In this document: positions 47,398 to 59,177 of the stretch, in pieces
Position numbering within the stretch: the stretch's first letter is position 1
How the letters are laid out: every line of letters begins with the position of its first letter
NCBI RefSeq assembly: GCF_002854065.1
Contig: NZ_CP024147.1
DNA length: 64,000 nt
Strand: one strand, 5' to 3'
DNA from: Escherichia coli
GTDB taxonomy: Bacteria; Pseudomonadota; Gammaproteobacteria; Enterobacterales; Enterobacteriaceae
The notes under the pieces: generated by a model
The model's input: only the letters and a program-made list of their open reading frames with translations
Told to the model about the DNA's origin: nothing
Database searches by the model: none
Program-made: the position numbers and the translations under genes

Positions 47398-48828
47398 TTA
47401 CTCCTGCGAAACATCATCCCACGCGTCCCGAGAAAGCTGGCGACCGATATCCGGATAACGCAACGGATCAAACACCGGGCGCACGCCGAGTTTACGCTGG
47501 CGTAGATAATCACTGGCAATGGTATGAACCACAGGCGAGAGCAGTAAAATGGCGGTCAAATTGGTAATAGCCATGCAGGCCATTATGATATCTGCCAGTT
47601 GCCACATCAGCGGAAGACTTAGCAAGGTGCCGCCGATGACCGTTGCGAAGGTGCAGATCCGCAAACACCAGATCGCTTTAGGGTTGTTCAGGCGTAAAAA
47701 GAAGAGATTGTTTTCGGCATAAATGTAGTTGGCAACGATGGAGCTGAAGGCAAACAGAATAACCACGAGGGTAACAAACTCAGCACCCCAGGAACCCATT
47801 AGCACCCGCATCGCCTTCTGGATAAGCTGAATACCTTCCAGCGGCATGTAGGTTGTGCCGTTACCCGCCAGTAATATCAGCATGGCGCTTGCCGTACAGA
47901 TGACCAGGGTGTCGATAAAAATGCCAATCATCTGGACAATTCCTTGCGCTGCCGGATGCGGAGGCCAGGACGCCGCTGCCGCTGCCGCGTTTGGCGTCGA
48001 ACCCATTCCCGCCTCATTGGAAAACATACTGCGCTGAAAACCGTTAGTAATCGCCTGGCTTAAGGTATATCCCGCCGCGCCGCCTGCCGCTTCCTGCCAG
48101 CCAAAAGCACTCTCAAAAATAGACCAAATGACGTGGGGAAGTTGCCCGATATTTATTACGCAAATCACCAGGCTGGTCAGTACCCAGATTATCGCCATCA
48201 ACGGGACAAACCCCTGCATGAGCCGGGCGACGCCATGAAGACCGCGAGTGATTGCCAGCAGAGCAAAGACAGCGAGAATAATGCCTGTCACCAGCGGGGG
48301 AAAATCAAAAGAAAAACTCAGGGCTCGGGCAACAGCGTTTGCCTGAACTCCGCTGAAAATTATGCCGTAGGCGATGAGCAAAAAGACGGCGAACAGAACG
48401 CCCATCCAGCGCATCCCCAGCCCGCGCGACATATACCATGCCGGTCCGCCACGAAACTGCCCATTGACGTCACGTTCTTTATAAAGTTGTGCAAGGGAAC
48501 ATTCGGCAAACGAGGTCGCCATGCCGATAAACGCGGCAACCCACATCCAGAAGACGGCTCCAGGTCCACCGGCGGTAATAGCCAGCGCAACGCCGGCCAG
48601 GTTGCCGCTACCCACGCGCGCCGCAAGACTGGTACACAATGACTGAAATGAGGTTAAACCGCCTGGCTGTGGATGAATGCTATTTTTAAGACTTTTGCCA
48701 AACTGGCGGATGTAGCGAAACTGCACAAATCCGGTGCGAAAAGTGAACCAACAACCTGCGCCGAAGAGCAGGTAAATCATTACCGATCCCCAAAGGACGC
48801 TGTTAATAAAGGAGAAAAAATCTGGCAT
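47398..48828 (-). CDS. yaaJ: Na+/alanine symporter family transporter YaaJ
   Basis: 476 aa polytopic membrane protein. Confidence 0.92.
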   Translation of the reverse strand: MPDFFSFINSVLWGSVMIYLLFGAGCWFTFRTGFVQFRYIRQFGKSLKNSIHPQPGGLTSFQSLCTSLAARVGSGNLAGVALAITAGGPGAVFWMWVAAFIGMATSFAECSLAQLYKERDVNGQFRGGPAWYMSRGLGMRWMGVLFAVFLLIAYGIIFSGVQANAVARALSFSFDFPPLVTGIILAVFALLAITRGLHGVARLMQGFVPLMAIIWVLTSLVICVINIGQLPHVIWSIFESAFGWQEAAGGAAGYTLSQAITNGFQRSMFSNEAGMGSTPNAAAAAASWPPHPAAQGIVQMIGIFIDTLVICTASAMLILLAGNGTTYMPLEGIQLIQKAMRVLMGSWGAEFVTLVVILFAFSSIVANYIYAENNLFFLRLNNPKAIWCLRICTFATVIGGTLLSLPLMWQLADIIMACMAITNLTAILLLSPVVHTIASDYLRQRKLGVRPVFDPLRYPDIGRQLSRDAWDDVSQE

Positions 48829-49106
48829 GCATATCCCTCTTATTGCCGGTCGCGATGACTTTCCTGTGTAAACGTTACCAATTGTTTAAGAAGTATATAC
48901 GCTACGAGGTACTTGATAACTTCTGCGTAGCATACATGAGGTTTTGTTTAAAAATGGCGGGCGATATCAACGCAGTGTCAGAAATCCGAAACAGTCTCGC
49001 CTGGCGATAACCGTCTTGTCGGCGGTTGCGCTGACGTTGCGTCGTGATATCATCAGGGCAGACCGGTTACATCCCCCTAACAAGCTGTTTAAAGAGAAAT
49101 ACTATC

Positions 49107-50060
49107 ATGACGGACAAATTGACCTCCCTTCGTCAGTACACCACCGTAGTGGCCGACACTGGGGACATCGCGGCAATGAAGCTGTATCAACCGCAGGATG
49201 CCACAACCAACCCTTCTCTCATTCTTAACGCAGCGCAGATTCCGGAATATCGTAAGTTGATTGATGATGCTGTCGCCTGGGCGAAACAGCAGAGCAACGA
49301 TCGCGCGCAGCAGATCGTGGACGCGACCGACAAACTGGCAGTAAATATTGGTCTGGAAATCCTGAAACTGGTTCCGGGCCGTATCTCAACTGAAGTTGAT
49401 GCGCGTCTTTCCTATGACACCGAAGCGTCAATTGCGAAAGCAAAACGCCTGATCAAACTCTACAACGATGCAGGTATTAGCAACGATCGTATTCTGATCA
49501 AACTGGCTTCTACCTGGCAGGGTATCCGTGCTGCGGAACAGCTGGAAAAAGAAGGCATCAACTGTAACCTGACCCTGCTGTTCTCCTTCGCTCAGGCTCG
49601 TGCTTGTGCGGAAGCGGGCGTATTCCTGATCTCGCCGTTTGTTGGTCGTATTCTTGATTGGTACAAAGCGAATACCGATAAGAAAGAGTACGCTCCGGCA
49701 GAAGATCCGGGCGTGGTTTCTGTATCTGAAATCTACCAGTACTACAAAGAGCACGGTTATGAAACCGTGGTTATGGGCGCAAGCTTCCGTAACATCGGCG
49801 AAATTCTGGAACTGGCAGGCTGCGACCGTCTGACCATCGCACCGGCACTGCTGAAAGAGCTGGCGGAGAGCGAAGGGGCTATCGAACGTAAACTGTCTTA
49901 CACCGGCGAAGTGAAAGCGCGTCCGGCGCGTATCACTGAGTCCGAGTTCCTGTGGCAGCACAACCAGGATCCAATGGCAGTAGATAAACTGGCGGAAGGT
50001 ATCCGTAAGTTTGCTATTGACCAGGAAAAACTGGAAAAAATGATCGGCGATCTGCTGTAA
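49107..50060 (+). CDS. talB: Transaldolase B
   Basis: 317 aa from [27 protein letters not shown]. Confidence 0.95.
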
Positions 50061-50174
50061 TCATTCTTAGCGTGACCGGGAAGTCGGTCACGCTACCTCT
50101 TCTGAAGCCTGTCTGTCACTCCCTTCGCAGTGTATCATTCTGTTTAACGAGACTGTTTAAACGGAAAAATCTTG

Positions 50175-50762
50175 ATGAATACTTTACGTATTGGCTTAGT
50201 TTCCATCTCTGATCGCGCATCCAGCGGCGTTTATCAGGATAAAGGTATCCCTGCGCTGGAAGAATGGCTGACATCGGCGCTAACCACGCCGTTTGAACTG
50301 GAAACCCGCTTAATCCCCGATGAGCAGGCGATCATCGAGCAAACGTTGTGTGAGCTGGTGGATGAAATGAGTTGCCATCTGGTGCTCACCACGGGCGGAA
50401 CTGGCCCGGCGCGTCGTGACGTAACGCCCGATGCGACACTGGCAGTAGCGGACCGCGAGATGCCTGGCTTTGGTGAACAGATGCGCCAGATCAGCCTGCA
50501 TTTTGTACCAACTGCGATCCTTTCGCGTCAGGTGGGTGTGATTCGCAAACAGGCGCTGATCCTTAACTTACCCGGTCAGCCGAAGTCTATTAAAGAGACG
50601 CTGGAAGGTGTGAAGGACGCTGAGGGTAACGTTGTGGTACACGGTATTTTTGCCAGCGTACCGTACTGCATTCAGTTGCTGGAAGGGCCATACGTTGAAA
50701 CGGCACCAGAAGTGGTTGCTGCATTCAGACCGAAGAGTGCAAGACGCGACGTTAGCGAATAA
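50175..50762 (+). CDS. mog: Molybdopterin adenylyltransferase Mog
   Basis: 195 aa MNTLRIGLVSISDRASSGVY. Confidence 0.93.
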   Translation: MNTLRIGLVSISDRASSGVYQDKGIPALEEWLTSALTTPFELETRLIPDEQAIIEQTLCELVDEMSCHLVLTTGGTGPARRDVTPDATLAVADREMPGFGEQMRQISLHFVPTAILSRQVGVIRKQALILNLPGQPKSIKETLEGVKDAEGNVVVHGIFASVPYCIQLLEGPYVETAPEVVAAFRPKSARRDVSE

Positions 50763-50766
50763 AAAA

Positions 50767-50786
50767 ATCCCCCCGAGCGGGGGGAT
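50767..50786. terminator. Bidirectional terminator between mog and satP
   Basis: atccccccgagcggggggat palindrome flanked by A/T runs. Confidence 0.75.
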
Positions 50787-50796
50787 CTCAAAACAA

Positions 50797-51363
50797 TTAG
50801 TGGGATTCACCAATCGGCAGAACGGTGCGACCAAACTGCTCGTTCAGCACTTCACCCATCGCCAGATAGATTGCGCTGGCACCGCAGATCAGACCAATCC
50901 AGCCGGCAAAGTGGATGATCGCGGCATTACTGGCAATGTTACCGATCGCCAGCAGGGCAAACAGCACGGTCAGGCTAAAGAAAACGAATTGCAGGACGCG
51001 TGTGCCTTTCAGAGTGCCGAAGAACATAAACAACGTAAATACGCCCCACAGACCCAGGTAGACACCAAGGAACTGTGCATTTGGCGCATCGGTCAGACCC
51101 AGTTTCGGCATCAGCAGAATCGCAACCAGCGTCAGCCAGAAAGAACCGTAAGAGGTGAATGCGGTTAAACCGAAAGTGTTGCCTTTTTTGTACTCCAGCA
51201 GACCGGCAAAAATTTGCGCGATGCCGCCGTAGAAAATGCCCATGGCAAGAATAATACCGTCCAGAGCGAAATAACCCACGTTGTGCAGATTAAGCAGAAT
51301 GGTGGTCATGCCGAAGCCCATCAGGCCCAGCGGTGCCGGATTAGCCAACTTAGTGTTGCCCAT
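50797..51363 (-). CDS. satP: Succinate-acetate/proton symporter SatP (YaaH)
   Basis: 188 aa MGNTKLANPAPLGLMGFGMTTILLNL. Confidence 0.93.
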   Translation of the reverse strand: MGNTKLANPAPLGLMGFGMTTILLNLHNVGYFALDGIILAMGIFYGGIAQIFAGLLEYKKGNTFGLTAFTSYGSFWLTLVAILLMPKLGLTDAPNAQFLGVYLGLWGVFTLFMFFGTLKGTRVLQFVFFSLTVLFALLAIGNIASNAAIIHFAGWIGLICGASAIYLAMGEVLNEQFGRTVLPIGESH

Positions 51364-51511
51364 AATTCCTCAAAAATCATCATCGAATGAATGGTGAAAT
51401 AATTTCCCTGAATAACTGTAGTGTTTTCAGGGCGCGGCATAATAATCAGCCAGTGGGGCAGTGTCTACGATCTTTTGAGGGGAAAATGAAAATTTTCCCC
51501 GGTTTCCGGTA

Positions 51512-52225
51512 TCAGACCTGAGTGGCGCTAACCATCCGGCGCAGGCAGGCTATTTGCAGTACGGCTGGAATCGTCACGCGATAGGCGCTGCCGCTGACCG
51601 CTTTAACCCCATTTAATGCTGCGCCCACAGGGCCTCCCAGACCCGCGCCGCGCAGCAAACCATGCCCAAGCACGCTCATTGCTGCGTGGGTGCGTAAAAT
51701 GCGGGTCAATTGGCTGGAAAGCAAATGCGACACGCCTTTTGCCAATAATTTGTCTTTCATCAGCAGCGGCAGCAGCTCTTCCAGCTCATTCACCCTGGCA
51801 TCGACCGCGTGCAGAAACTCCTGCTTATGTTCCTCGTCCATTTTCTTCCAGGTATTACGCAGAAATTGTTCCAGTAACTGTTGCTCAATTTCAAACGTAG
51901 ACATCTCTTTGTCGGCTTTCAGCTTCAATCGTTTTGAAACATCGAGCAAAATGGCCCGATACAATTTACCGTGTCCGCGCAGTTTGTTGGCGATACTATC
52001 GCCACCAAAATGCTGTAATTCTCCAGCAATCAGCTGCCAGTTGCGGCGATGTTGCTCGGGATGTCCTTCCATCGATTTAAACAGTTCGTTGCGCATCAGT
52101 ACGCTGGAGAGGCGAGTTTTGCCTTTTTCATTATGGGTGAGCAGCCGGGCGAAATTTGCTAACTGTTCCTCACTACAATGCTGGAGAAAATCCAGATCTG
52201 AATCATTCAGGTAATTAACATTCAT
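51512..52225 (-). CDS. yaaW: UPF0174 protein YaaW
   Basis: 237 aa; synteny. Confidence 0.85.
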   Translation of the reverse strand: MNVNYLNDSDLDFLQHCSEEQLANFARLLTHNEKGKTRLSSVLMRNELFKSMEGHPEQHRRNWQLIAGELQHFGGDSIANKLRGHGKLYRAILLDVSKRLKLKADKEMSTFEIEQQLLEQFLRNTWKKMDEEHKQEFLHAVDARVNELEELLPLLMKDKLLAKGVSHLLSSQLTRILRTHAAMSVLGHGLLRGAGLGGPVGAALNGVKAVSGSAYRVTIPAVLQIACLRRMVSATQV

Positions 52226-52250
52226 TTTTTGTGGCTTCTATATTCTGGCG

Positions 52251-52655
52251 TTAGTCGTCGCCGATAATTTTCAGCGTGGCCATATCCGATGAGTTCACCG
52301 TATGACCGGAAAAGGTGATTTTTGAGACGCAGCGTTTATTGTCGTTATCGCTGTTAATGTTGATCCAGTCAGTGGTTTGCCCTTCTTTTATTTCTGAAGG
52401 AATATTCAGGCTCTGACTGGCGCTACGGGCGGCTTTGAAATAAACCGATGCACCGCTTAACTGTAAATCGCCATGGTCGGCAGAGAGTTGTATGCGTTTC
52501 ACAATGCGACAAACAGGAAGTTTCAGCGCCAGATCGTTGGTTTCGTTACGCGGCATCGCAATGACGCCGAGGAGTTTATGGTTGTTTGCCTGCGCCGTGC
52601 AGCACAGCATCAGGCTAATCGCCAGGCTGGCGGAAATCGTAAAAACGGATTTCAT
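52251..52655 (-). CDS. yaaI: Secreted protein YaaI (DUF2541)
   Basis: 134 aa with signal peptide. Confidence 0.85.
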   Translation of the reverse strand: MKSVFTISASLAISLMLCCTAQANNHKLLGVIAMPRNETNDLALKLPVCRIVKRIQLSADHGDLQLSGASVYFKAARSASQSLNIPSEIKEGQTTDWININSDNDNKRCVSKITFSGHTVNSSDMATLKIIGDD

Positions 52656-52877
52656 AAGGATTCTCTTAGTGGGAAGAGGTAGGGGGATGAATACCCACTA
52701 GTTTACTGCTGATAAAGAGAAGATTCAGGCACGTAATCTTTTCTTTTTATTACAATTTTTTGATGAATACCTTGGCTGCGATTCATTCTTTATATGAATA
52801 AAATTGCTGTCAATTTTACGTCTTGTCCTGCCATATCGCGAAATTTCTGCGCAAAAGCACAAAAAATTTTTGCATCT

Positions 52878-52910
52878 CCCCCTTGATGACGTGGGTTACG
52901 ACCCCATTTA
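52878..52910 (+). promoter_or_regulatory. dnaK heat-shock (sigma-32) promoter P1
   Basis: -35 cccccttgatga and -10 ccccattta matching the sigma-32 consensus (CTTGAA ... CCCCATNT). Confidence 0.65.
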
Positions 52911-53031
52911 GTAGTCAACCGCAGTGAGTGAGTCTGCAAAAAAATGAAATTGGGCAGTTGAAACCAGACGTTTCGCCCCTATTACAGACTCACAACCACA
53001 TGATGACTGAATATATAGTGGAGACGTTTAG

Positions 53032-54948
53032 ATGGGTAAAATAATTGGTATCGACCTGGGTACTACCAACTCTTGTGTAGCGATTATGGATGGCACCACT
53101 CCTCGCGTGCTGGAGAACGCCGAAGGCGATCGCACCACGCCTTCTATTATTGCCTATACCCAGGATGGTGAAACTCTGGTTGGTCAGCCGGCTAAACGTC
53201 AGGCAGTGACGAACCCGCAAAACACCCTGTTTGCGATTAAACGCCTGATTGGCCGCCGCTTCCAGGACGAAGAAGTACAGCGTGATGTTTCCATCATGCC
53301 GTTCAAAATTATTGCTGCTGATAACGGCGACGCATGGGTCGAAGTTAAAGGCCAGAAAATGGCACCGCCGCAGATTTCTGCTGAAGTGCTGAAAAAAATG
53401 AAGAAAACCGCTGAAGATTACCTGGGTGAACCGGTAACTGAAGCTGTTATCACCGTACCGGCATACTTTAACGATGCTCAGCGTCAGGCAACCAAAGACG
53501 CAGGCCGTATCGCTGGTCTCGAAGTAAAACGTATCATCAACGAACCGACCGCAGCTGCGCTGGCTTACGGTCTGGACAAAGGTACTGGCAACCGTACTAT
53601 CGCGGTTTATGACCTGGGTGGTGGTACTTTCGATATTTCTATTATTGAAATCGACGAAGTTGACGGCGAAAAAACCTTCGAAGTTCTGGCAACCAACGGT
53701 GATACCCACCTGGGTGGTGAAGACTTCGACAGCCGTCTGATCAACTATCTGGTTGAAGAATTCAAGAAAGATCAGGGCATTGACCTGCGCAACGATCCGC
53801 TGGCAATGCAGCGCCTGAAAGAAGCGGCAGAAAAAGCGAAAATCGAACTGTCTTCCGCTCAGCAGACCGACGTTAACCTGCCGTACATCACTGCAGACGC
53901 GACCGGTCCGAAACACATGAACATCAAAGTGACTCGTGCGAAACTGGAAAGCCTGGTTGAAGATCTGGTTAACCGTTCCATCGAGCCGCTGAAAGTTGCA
54001 CTGCAGGACGCTGGCCTGTCTGTATCTGATATCGACGACGTTATCCTCGTTGGTGGTCAGACTCGTATGCCAATGGTTCAGAAGAAAGTTGCTGAGTTCT
54101 TTGGTAAAGAGCCGCGTAAAGACGTTAACCCGGACGAAGCTGTAGCAATCGGTGCTGCTGTTCAGGGTGGTGTTCTGACTGGTGACGTAAAAGACGTACT
54201 GCTGCTGGACGTTACCCCGCTGTCTCTGGGTATCGAAACCATGGGCGGTGTGATGACGACGCTGATCGCGAAAAACACCACTATCCCGACCAAGCACAGC
54301 CAGGTGTTCTCTACCGCTGAAGACAACCAGTCTGCGGTAACCATCCATGTGCTGCAGGGTGAACGTAAACGTGCGGCTGATAACAAATCTCTGGGTCAGT
54401 TCAACCTGGATGGTATCAACCCGGCACCGCGCGGCATGCCGCAGATCGAAGTTACCTTCGATATCGATGCTGACGGTATCCTGCACGTTTCCGCGAAAGA
54501 TAAAAACAGCGGTAAAGAGCAGAAGATCACCATCAAGGCGTCTTCTGGTCTGAACGAAGATGAAATCCAGAAAATGGTACGCGACGCAGAAGCTAACGCC
54601 GAAGCTGACCGTAAGTTTGAAGAGCTGGTACAGACTCGCAACCAGGGCGACCATCTGCTGCACAGCACCCGTAAGCAGGTTGAAGAAGCAGGCGACAAAC
54701 TGCCGGCTGACGACAAAACTGCTATCGAGTCTGCACTGACTGCACTGGAAACTGCTCTGAAAGGTGAAGACAAAGCCGCTATCGAAGCGAAAATGCAGGA
54801 GCTGGCACAGGTTTCCCAGAAACTGATGGAAATCGCCCAGCAGCAACATGCCCAGCAGCAGACTGCCGGTGCTGATGCTTCTGCAAACAACGCGAAAGAT
54901 GACGATGTTGTCGACGCTGAATTTGAAGAAGTCAAAGACAAAAAATAA
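53032..54948 (+). CDS. dnaK: Hsp70 chaperone DnaK
   Basis: 638 aa [21 protein letters not shown]. Confidence 0.98.
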
Positions 54949-55036
54949 TCGCCCTATAAACGGGTAATTATACTGACACGGGCGAAGGGGAATTTCCTCT
55001 CCGCCCGTGCATTCATCTAGGGGCAATTTAAAAAAG

Positions 55037-56167
55037 ATGGCTAAGCAAGATTATTACGAGATTTTAGGCGTTTCCAAAACAGCGGAAGAGCGTGAAATCA
55101 AAAAGGCCTACAAACGCCTGGCCATGAAATACCACCCGGACCGTAACCAGGGTGACAAAGAGGCCGAGGCGAAATTTAAAGAGATCAAGGAAGCTTATAA
55201 AGTTCTGACCGACTCGCAAAAACGTGCGGCATACGATCAGTATGGTCATGCTGCGTTTGAGCAAGGTGGCATGGGCGGCGGCGGTTTTGGCGGCGGCGCA
55301 GACTTCAGCGATATTTTTGGTGACGTTTTCGGCGATATTTTTGGCGGCGGACGTGGTCGTCAACGTGCGGCGCGCGGTGCTGATTTACGCTATAACATGG
55401 AGCTCACCCTCGAAGAAGCTGTACGTGGCGTGACCAAAGAGATCCGCATTCCGACTCTGGAAGAGTGTGACGTTTGCCACGGTAGCGGTGCAAAACCAGG
55501 TACACAGCCGCAGACCTGTCCGACCTGTCATGGTTCTGGTCAGGTGCAGATGCGCCAGGGTTTCTTTGCCGTGCAGCAGACCTGTCCACACTGTCAGGGC
55601 CGCGGTACGCTGATCAAAGATCCGTGCAACAAATGTCATGGTCATGGTCGTGTTGAGCGCAGCAAAACGCTGTCCGTTAAAATCCCGGCAGGGGTGGACA
55701 CTGGAGACCGCATCCGTCTTGCGGGCGAAGGTGAAGCGGGTGAGCATGGCGCACCGGCAGGCGATCTGTACGTTCAGGTTCAGGTTAAACAGCACCCGAT
55801 TTTCGAGCGTGAAGGCAACAACCTGTATTGCGAAGTCCCGATCAACTTCGCTATGGCGGCGCTGGGTGGTGAAATCGAAGTACCGACCCTTGATGGTCGC
55901 GTTAAACTGAAAGTGCCTGGCGAAACCCAGACCGGTAAGCTGTTCCGTATGCGCGGTAAAGGCGTCAAGTCTGTCCGCGGTGGCGCACAGGGTGATTTGC
56001 TGTGCCGCGTTGTCGTCGAAACACCGGTAGGCCTGAACGAGAAGCAGAAACAGCTGCTGCAAGAGCTGCAAGAAAGCTTCGGTGGCCCAACCGGCGAGCA
56101 CAACAGCCCGCGCTCAAAGAGCTTCTTTGATGGTGTGAAGAAGTTTTTTGACGACCTGACCCGCTAA
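55037..56167 (+). CDS. dnaJ: Hsp40 co-chaperone DnaJ
   Basis: 376 aa from [13 protein letters not shown] domain HPD, G/F region, four CxxCxGxG zinc motifs. Confidence 0.97.
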   Translation: MAKQDYYEILGVSKTAEEREIKKAYKRLAMKYHPDRNQGDKEAEAKFKEIKEAYKVLTDSQKRAAYDQYGHAAFEQGGMGGGGFGGGADFSDIFGDVFGDIFGGGRGRQRAARGADLRYNMELTLEEAVRGVTKEIRIPTLEECDVCHGSGAKPGTQPQTCPTCHGSGQVQMRQGFFAVQQTCPHCQGRGTLIKDPCNKCHGHGRVERSKTLSVKIPAGVDTGDRIRLAGEGEAGEHGAPAGDLYVQVQVKQHPIFEREGNNLYCEVPINFAMAALGGEIEVPTLDGRVKLKVPGETQTGKLFRMRGKGVKSVRGGAQGDLLCRVVVETPVGLNEKQKQLLQELQESFGGPTGEHNSPRSKSFFDGVKKFFDDLTR

Positions 56168-56270
56168 CCTTCCCAAAAGCCTGCCCGTGGGCAGGCCTGG
56201 GTAAAAATAGGGTGCGTTGAAGATATGCGAGCACCTGTAAAGTGGCGGGGATCACTCCCCGCCGTTGCTC

Positions 56271-56423
56271 TTACTCGGATTCGTAAGCCGTGAAAACAGC
56301 AACCTCCGTCTGGCCAGTTCGGATGTGAACCTCACAGAGGTCTTTTCTCGTTACCAGCGCCGCCACTACGGCGGTGATACAGATGACGATCAGGGCGACA
56401 ATCATCGCCTTATGCTGCTTCAT
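56271..56423 (-). CDS. hokC: Type I toxin HokC (Gef)
   Basis: 50 aa MKQHKAMIVALIVICITAVVAALVTRKDLCEVHIRTGQTEVAVFTAYESE. Confidence 0.9.
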   Translation of the reverse strand: MKQHKAMIVALIVICITAVVAALVTRKDLCEVHIRTGQTEVAVFTAYESE

Positions 56424-56480
56424 TGCTCTCTTCTCCTTGACCTTACGGTCAGTAAGAGGCACTCTACATGTGTTCAGCAT
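56271..56480 (-). CDS. mokC: MokC, overlapping reading frame that couples hokC translation
   Basis: 69 aa MLNTCRVPLTDRKVKEKRA... in frame with hokC. Confidence 0.7.
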   Translation of the reverse strand: MLNTCRVPLTDRKVKEKRAMKQHKAMIVALIVICITAVVAALVTRKDLCEVHIRTGQTEVAVFTAYESE

Positions 56481-56526
56481 ATAGGGGGCCTCGGGTTGAT
56501 GGTAAAATATCACTCGGGGCTTTTCT
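56472..56526 (+). ncRNA. sokC: SokC antisense RNA (approximate position)
   Basis: Placed by the known architecture of hok/sok loci: antisense to the mokC start region; not verified by structure prediction. Confidence 0.35.
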
Positions 56527-57008
56527 CTATCTGCCGTTCAGCTAATGCCTGAGACAGACAGCCTCAAGCACCCGCCGCTATTATATCGCTCTCTTTAACC
56601 CATTCTGTTTTATCGATTCTAATCCGGAAGACGCCTCGCATTTTTATGGCGTAATTTTTTAATGATTTAATTATTTAACTTTAATTTATCTCTTCATCGC
56701 AATTATTGACGACAAGCTGGATTATTTTTGAAATATTGGCCTAACAAACATCGCCGACTGACAACAAATTAATTATTACTTTTCCTAATTAATCCCTCAG
56801 AAATCCTCACCTTAAGCTATGATTATCAGGGCTTAGGGTCACCCGTCAGCGCTTACAGCCGTCAAAAACGCATCTCACCGCTGATGGCGCAAATTCTTCA
56901 ATAGCTCGTAAAAAACGAATTATTCCTACACTATAATCTGATTTTAACGATGATTCGTGCGGGGTAAAATAGTAAAAACGATCTATTCACCTGAAAGAGA
57001 AATAAAAA

Positions 57009-58175
57009 GTGAAACATCTGCATCGATTCTTTAGCAGTGATGCCTCGGGAGGCATTATTCTTATCATTGCCGCTATCCTGGCGATGATGATGGCCAACAG
57101 CGGCGCAACCAGTGGATGGTATCACGACTTTCTGGAGACGCCGGTTCAGCTCCGGGTTGGTTCACTCGAAATCAACAAAAACATGCTGTTATGGATAAAT
57201 GACGCGCTGATGGCGGTATTTTTCCTGTTAGTCGGTCTGGAAGTTAAACGTGAACTGATGCAAGGATCGCTAGCCAGCTTACGCCAGGCCGCATTTCCAG
57301 TTATCGCCGCTATTGGTGGGATGATTGTGCCGGCATTACTCTATCTGGCCTTTAACTATGCCGATCCGATTACCCGCGAAGGGTGGGCGATCCCGGCGGC
57401 TACTGACATTGCCTTTGCACTTGGTGTGCTGGCGCTATTGGGAAGTCGTGTTCCGTTAGCGCTGAAGATCTTTTTGATGGCTCTGGCTATTATCGACGAT
57501 CTTGGGGCCATCATTATCATCGCATTGTTCTACACTAATGACTTATCGATGGCCTCTCTTGGGGTCGCGGCTGTAGCAATTGCGGTACTCGCGGTATTGA
57601 ATCTGTGTGGTGTACGCCGCACGGGCGTCTATATTCTGGTTGGCGTAGTGTTGTGGACTGCAGTGTTGAAATCGGGGGTTCACGCAACCCTGGCGGGGGT
57701 AATTGTCGGCTTCTTTATTCCTTTGAAAGAGAAGCATGGGCGTTCTCCAGCGAAGCGACTGGAGCATGTGTTGCACCCGTGGGTGGCGTATCTGATTTTA
57801 CCACTGTTTGCATTTGCTAATGCTGGCGTTTCACTGCAAGGCGTCACGCTGGATGGCTTGACCTCCATTCTGCCATTGGGGATCATCGCTGGCTTGCTGA
57901 TTGGCAAACCGCTGGGGATTAGTCTGTTCTGCTGGTTGGCGCTGCGTTTGAAACTGGCGCATCTGCCTGAGGGAACGACTTATCAGCAAATTATGGCGGT
58001 GGGGATCCTGTGCGGTATCGGTTTTACTATGTCTATCTTTATTGCCAGCCTGGCCTTTGGTAGCGTAGATCCAGAACTGATTAACTGGGCGAAACTCGGT
58101 ATCCTGGTCGGTTCTATCTCTTCGGCGGTAATTGGATACAGCTGGTTACGCGTTCGTTTGCGTCCATCAGTTTGA
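57009..58175 (+). CDS. nhaA: Na+/H+ antiporter NhaA
   Basis: 388 aa, GTG start; [31 protein letters not shown]. Confidence 0.95.
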   Translation: MKHLHRFFSSDASGGIILIIAAILAMMMANSGATSGWYHDFLETPVQLRVGSLEINKNMLLWINDALMAVFFLLVGLEVKRELMQGSLASLRQAAFPVIAAIGGMIVPALLYLAFNYADPITREGWAIPAATDIAFALGVLALLGSRVPLALKIFLMALAIIDDLGAIIIIALFYTNDLSMASLGVAAVAIAVLAVLNLCGVRRTGVYILVGVVLWTAVLKSGVHATLAGVIVGFFIPLKEKHGRSPAKRLEHVLHPWVAYLILPLFAFANAGVSLQGVTLDGLTSILPLGIIAGLLIGKPLGISLFCWLALRLKLAHLPEGTTYQQIMAVGILCGIGFTMSIFIASLAFGSVDPELINWAKLGILVGSISSAVIGYSWLRVRLRPSV

Positions 58176-58234
58176 CAGGACGGTTTACCGGGGAGCCATA
58201 AACGGCTCCCTTTTCATTGTTATCAGGGAGAGAA

Positions 58235-59140
58235 ATGAGCATGTCTCATATCAATTACAACCACTTGTATTACTTCTGGCATGTTTATAAAGAAGGTTCT
58301 GTGGTTGGCGCAGCGGAGGCGCTTTATTTAACACCACAAACCATTACCGGACAGATTCGGGCGCTGGAAGAGCGCCTGCAAGGCAAATTATTTAAGCGCA
58401 AGGGACGTGGTCTCGAGCCCAGCGAGCTGGGGGAGCTGGTCTATCGCTATGCCGATAAAATGTTCACCTTGAGCCAGGAAATGCTGGATATCGTGAACTA
58501 TCGCAAAGAATCCAATTTATTGTTTGACGTTGGCGTGGCTGATGCACTTTCCAAACGTCTGGTCAGTAGCGTGCTGAATGCTGCAGTAGTAGAAGGCGAG
58601 CCGATTCATCTTCGCTGCTTCGAATCCACCCACGAAATGCTGCTGGAGCAATTAAGCCAGCATAAACTGGATATGATCATTTCCGACTGTCCGATAGATT
58701 CTACGCAGCAGGAAGGCCTGTTCTCCGTGAGAATTGGCGAATGTGGCGTGAGTTTCTGGTGTACAAATCCACCGCCGGAAAAACCGTTCCCAGCTTGTCT
58801 TGAAGAACGGCGGCTTTTGATTCCTGGGCGACGTTCAATGTTAGGGCGCAAATTACTTAACTGGTTTAACTCCCAGGGATTAAACGTAGAAATCCTTGGC
58901 GAGTTTGATGATGCCGCTTTGATGAAAGCTTTTGGTGCGATGCACAATGCAATCTTCGTTGCCCCAACGCTTTATGCATATGACTTTTATGCCGATAAAA
59001 CTGTCGTAGAAATTGGTCGCGTCGAGAATGTGATGGAAGAGTACCATGCTATTTTTGCTGAGCGGATGATTCAGCACCCGGCGGTACAGCGAATCTGCAA
59101 TACGGATTATTCTGCGCTTTTTAGTCCAGCGGCGCGTTAA
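58235..59140 (+). CDS. nhaR: LysR-family regulator NhaR
   Basis: 301 aa from [41 protein letters not shown]. Confidence 0.93.
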   Translation: MSMSHINYNHLYYFWHVYKEGSVVGAAEALYLTPQTITGQIRALEERLQGKLFKRKGRGLEPSELGELVYRYADKMFTLSQEMLDIVNYRKESNLLFDVGVADALSKRLVSSVLNAAVVEGEPIHLRCFESTHEMLLEQLSQHKLDMIISDCPIDSTQQEGLFSVRIGECGVSFWCTNPPPEKPFPACLEERRLLIPGRRSMLGRKLLNWFNSQGLNVEILGEFDDAALMKAFGAMHNAIFVAPTLYAYDFYADKTVVEIGRVENVMEEYHAIFAERMIQHPAVQRICNTDYSALFSPAAR

Positions 59141-59147
59141 TCGGCAC

Positions 59148-59173
59148 CTCCCCCAAAGTTAAGGTGGGGGAGA
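59148..59173. terminator. Bidirectional terminator between nhaR and the fimbrial-like gene
   Basis: cctcccccaaagttaaggtgggggag hairpin. Confidence 0.7.
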
Positions 59174-59177
59174 TAGA

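Noticed and set aside
51690-52214. Plus-strand 174-aa ORF inside yaaW (historically annotated as htgA/mbiA)
   Set aside because: Entirely antisense to yaaW, Ser/Cys-rich and low-complexity; I list yaaW only and leave this as a doubtful overlapping frame.
56168-57008. Expected IS186 copy between dnaJ and nhaA
   Set aside because: Not present: the interval is only 842 bp and contains just the hokC/mokC locus and the nhaA promoter region; no transposase ORF or IS186 inverted repeats seen.
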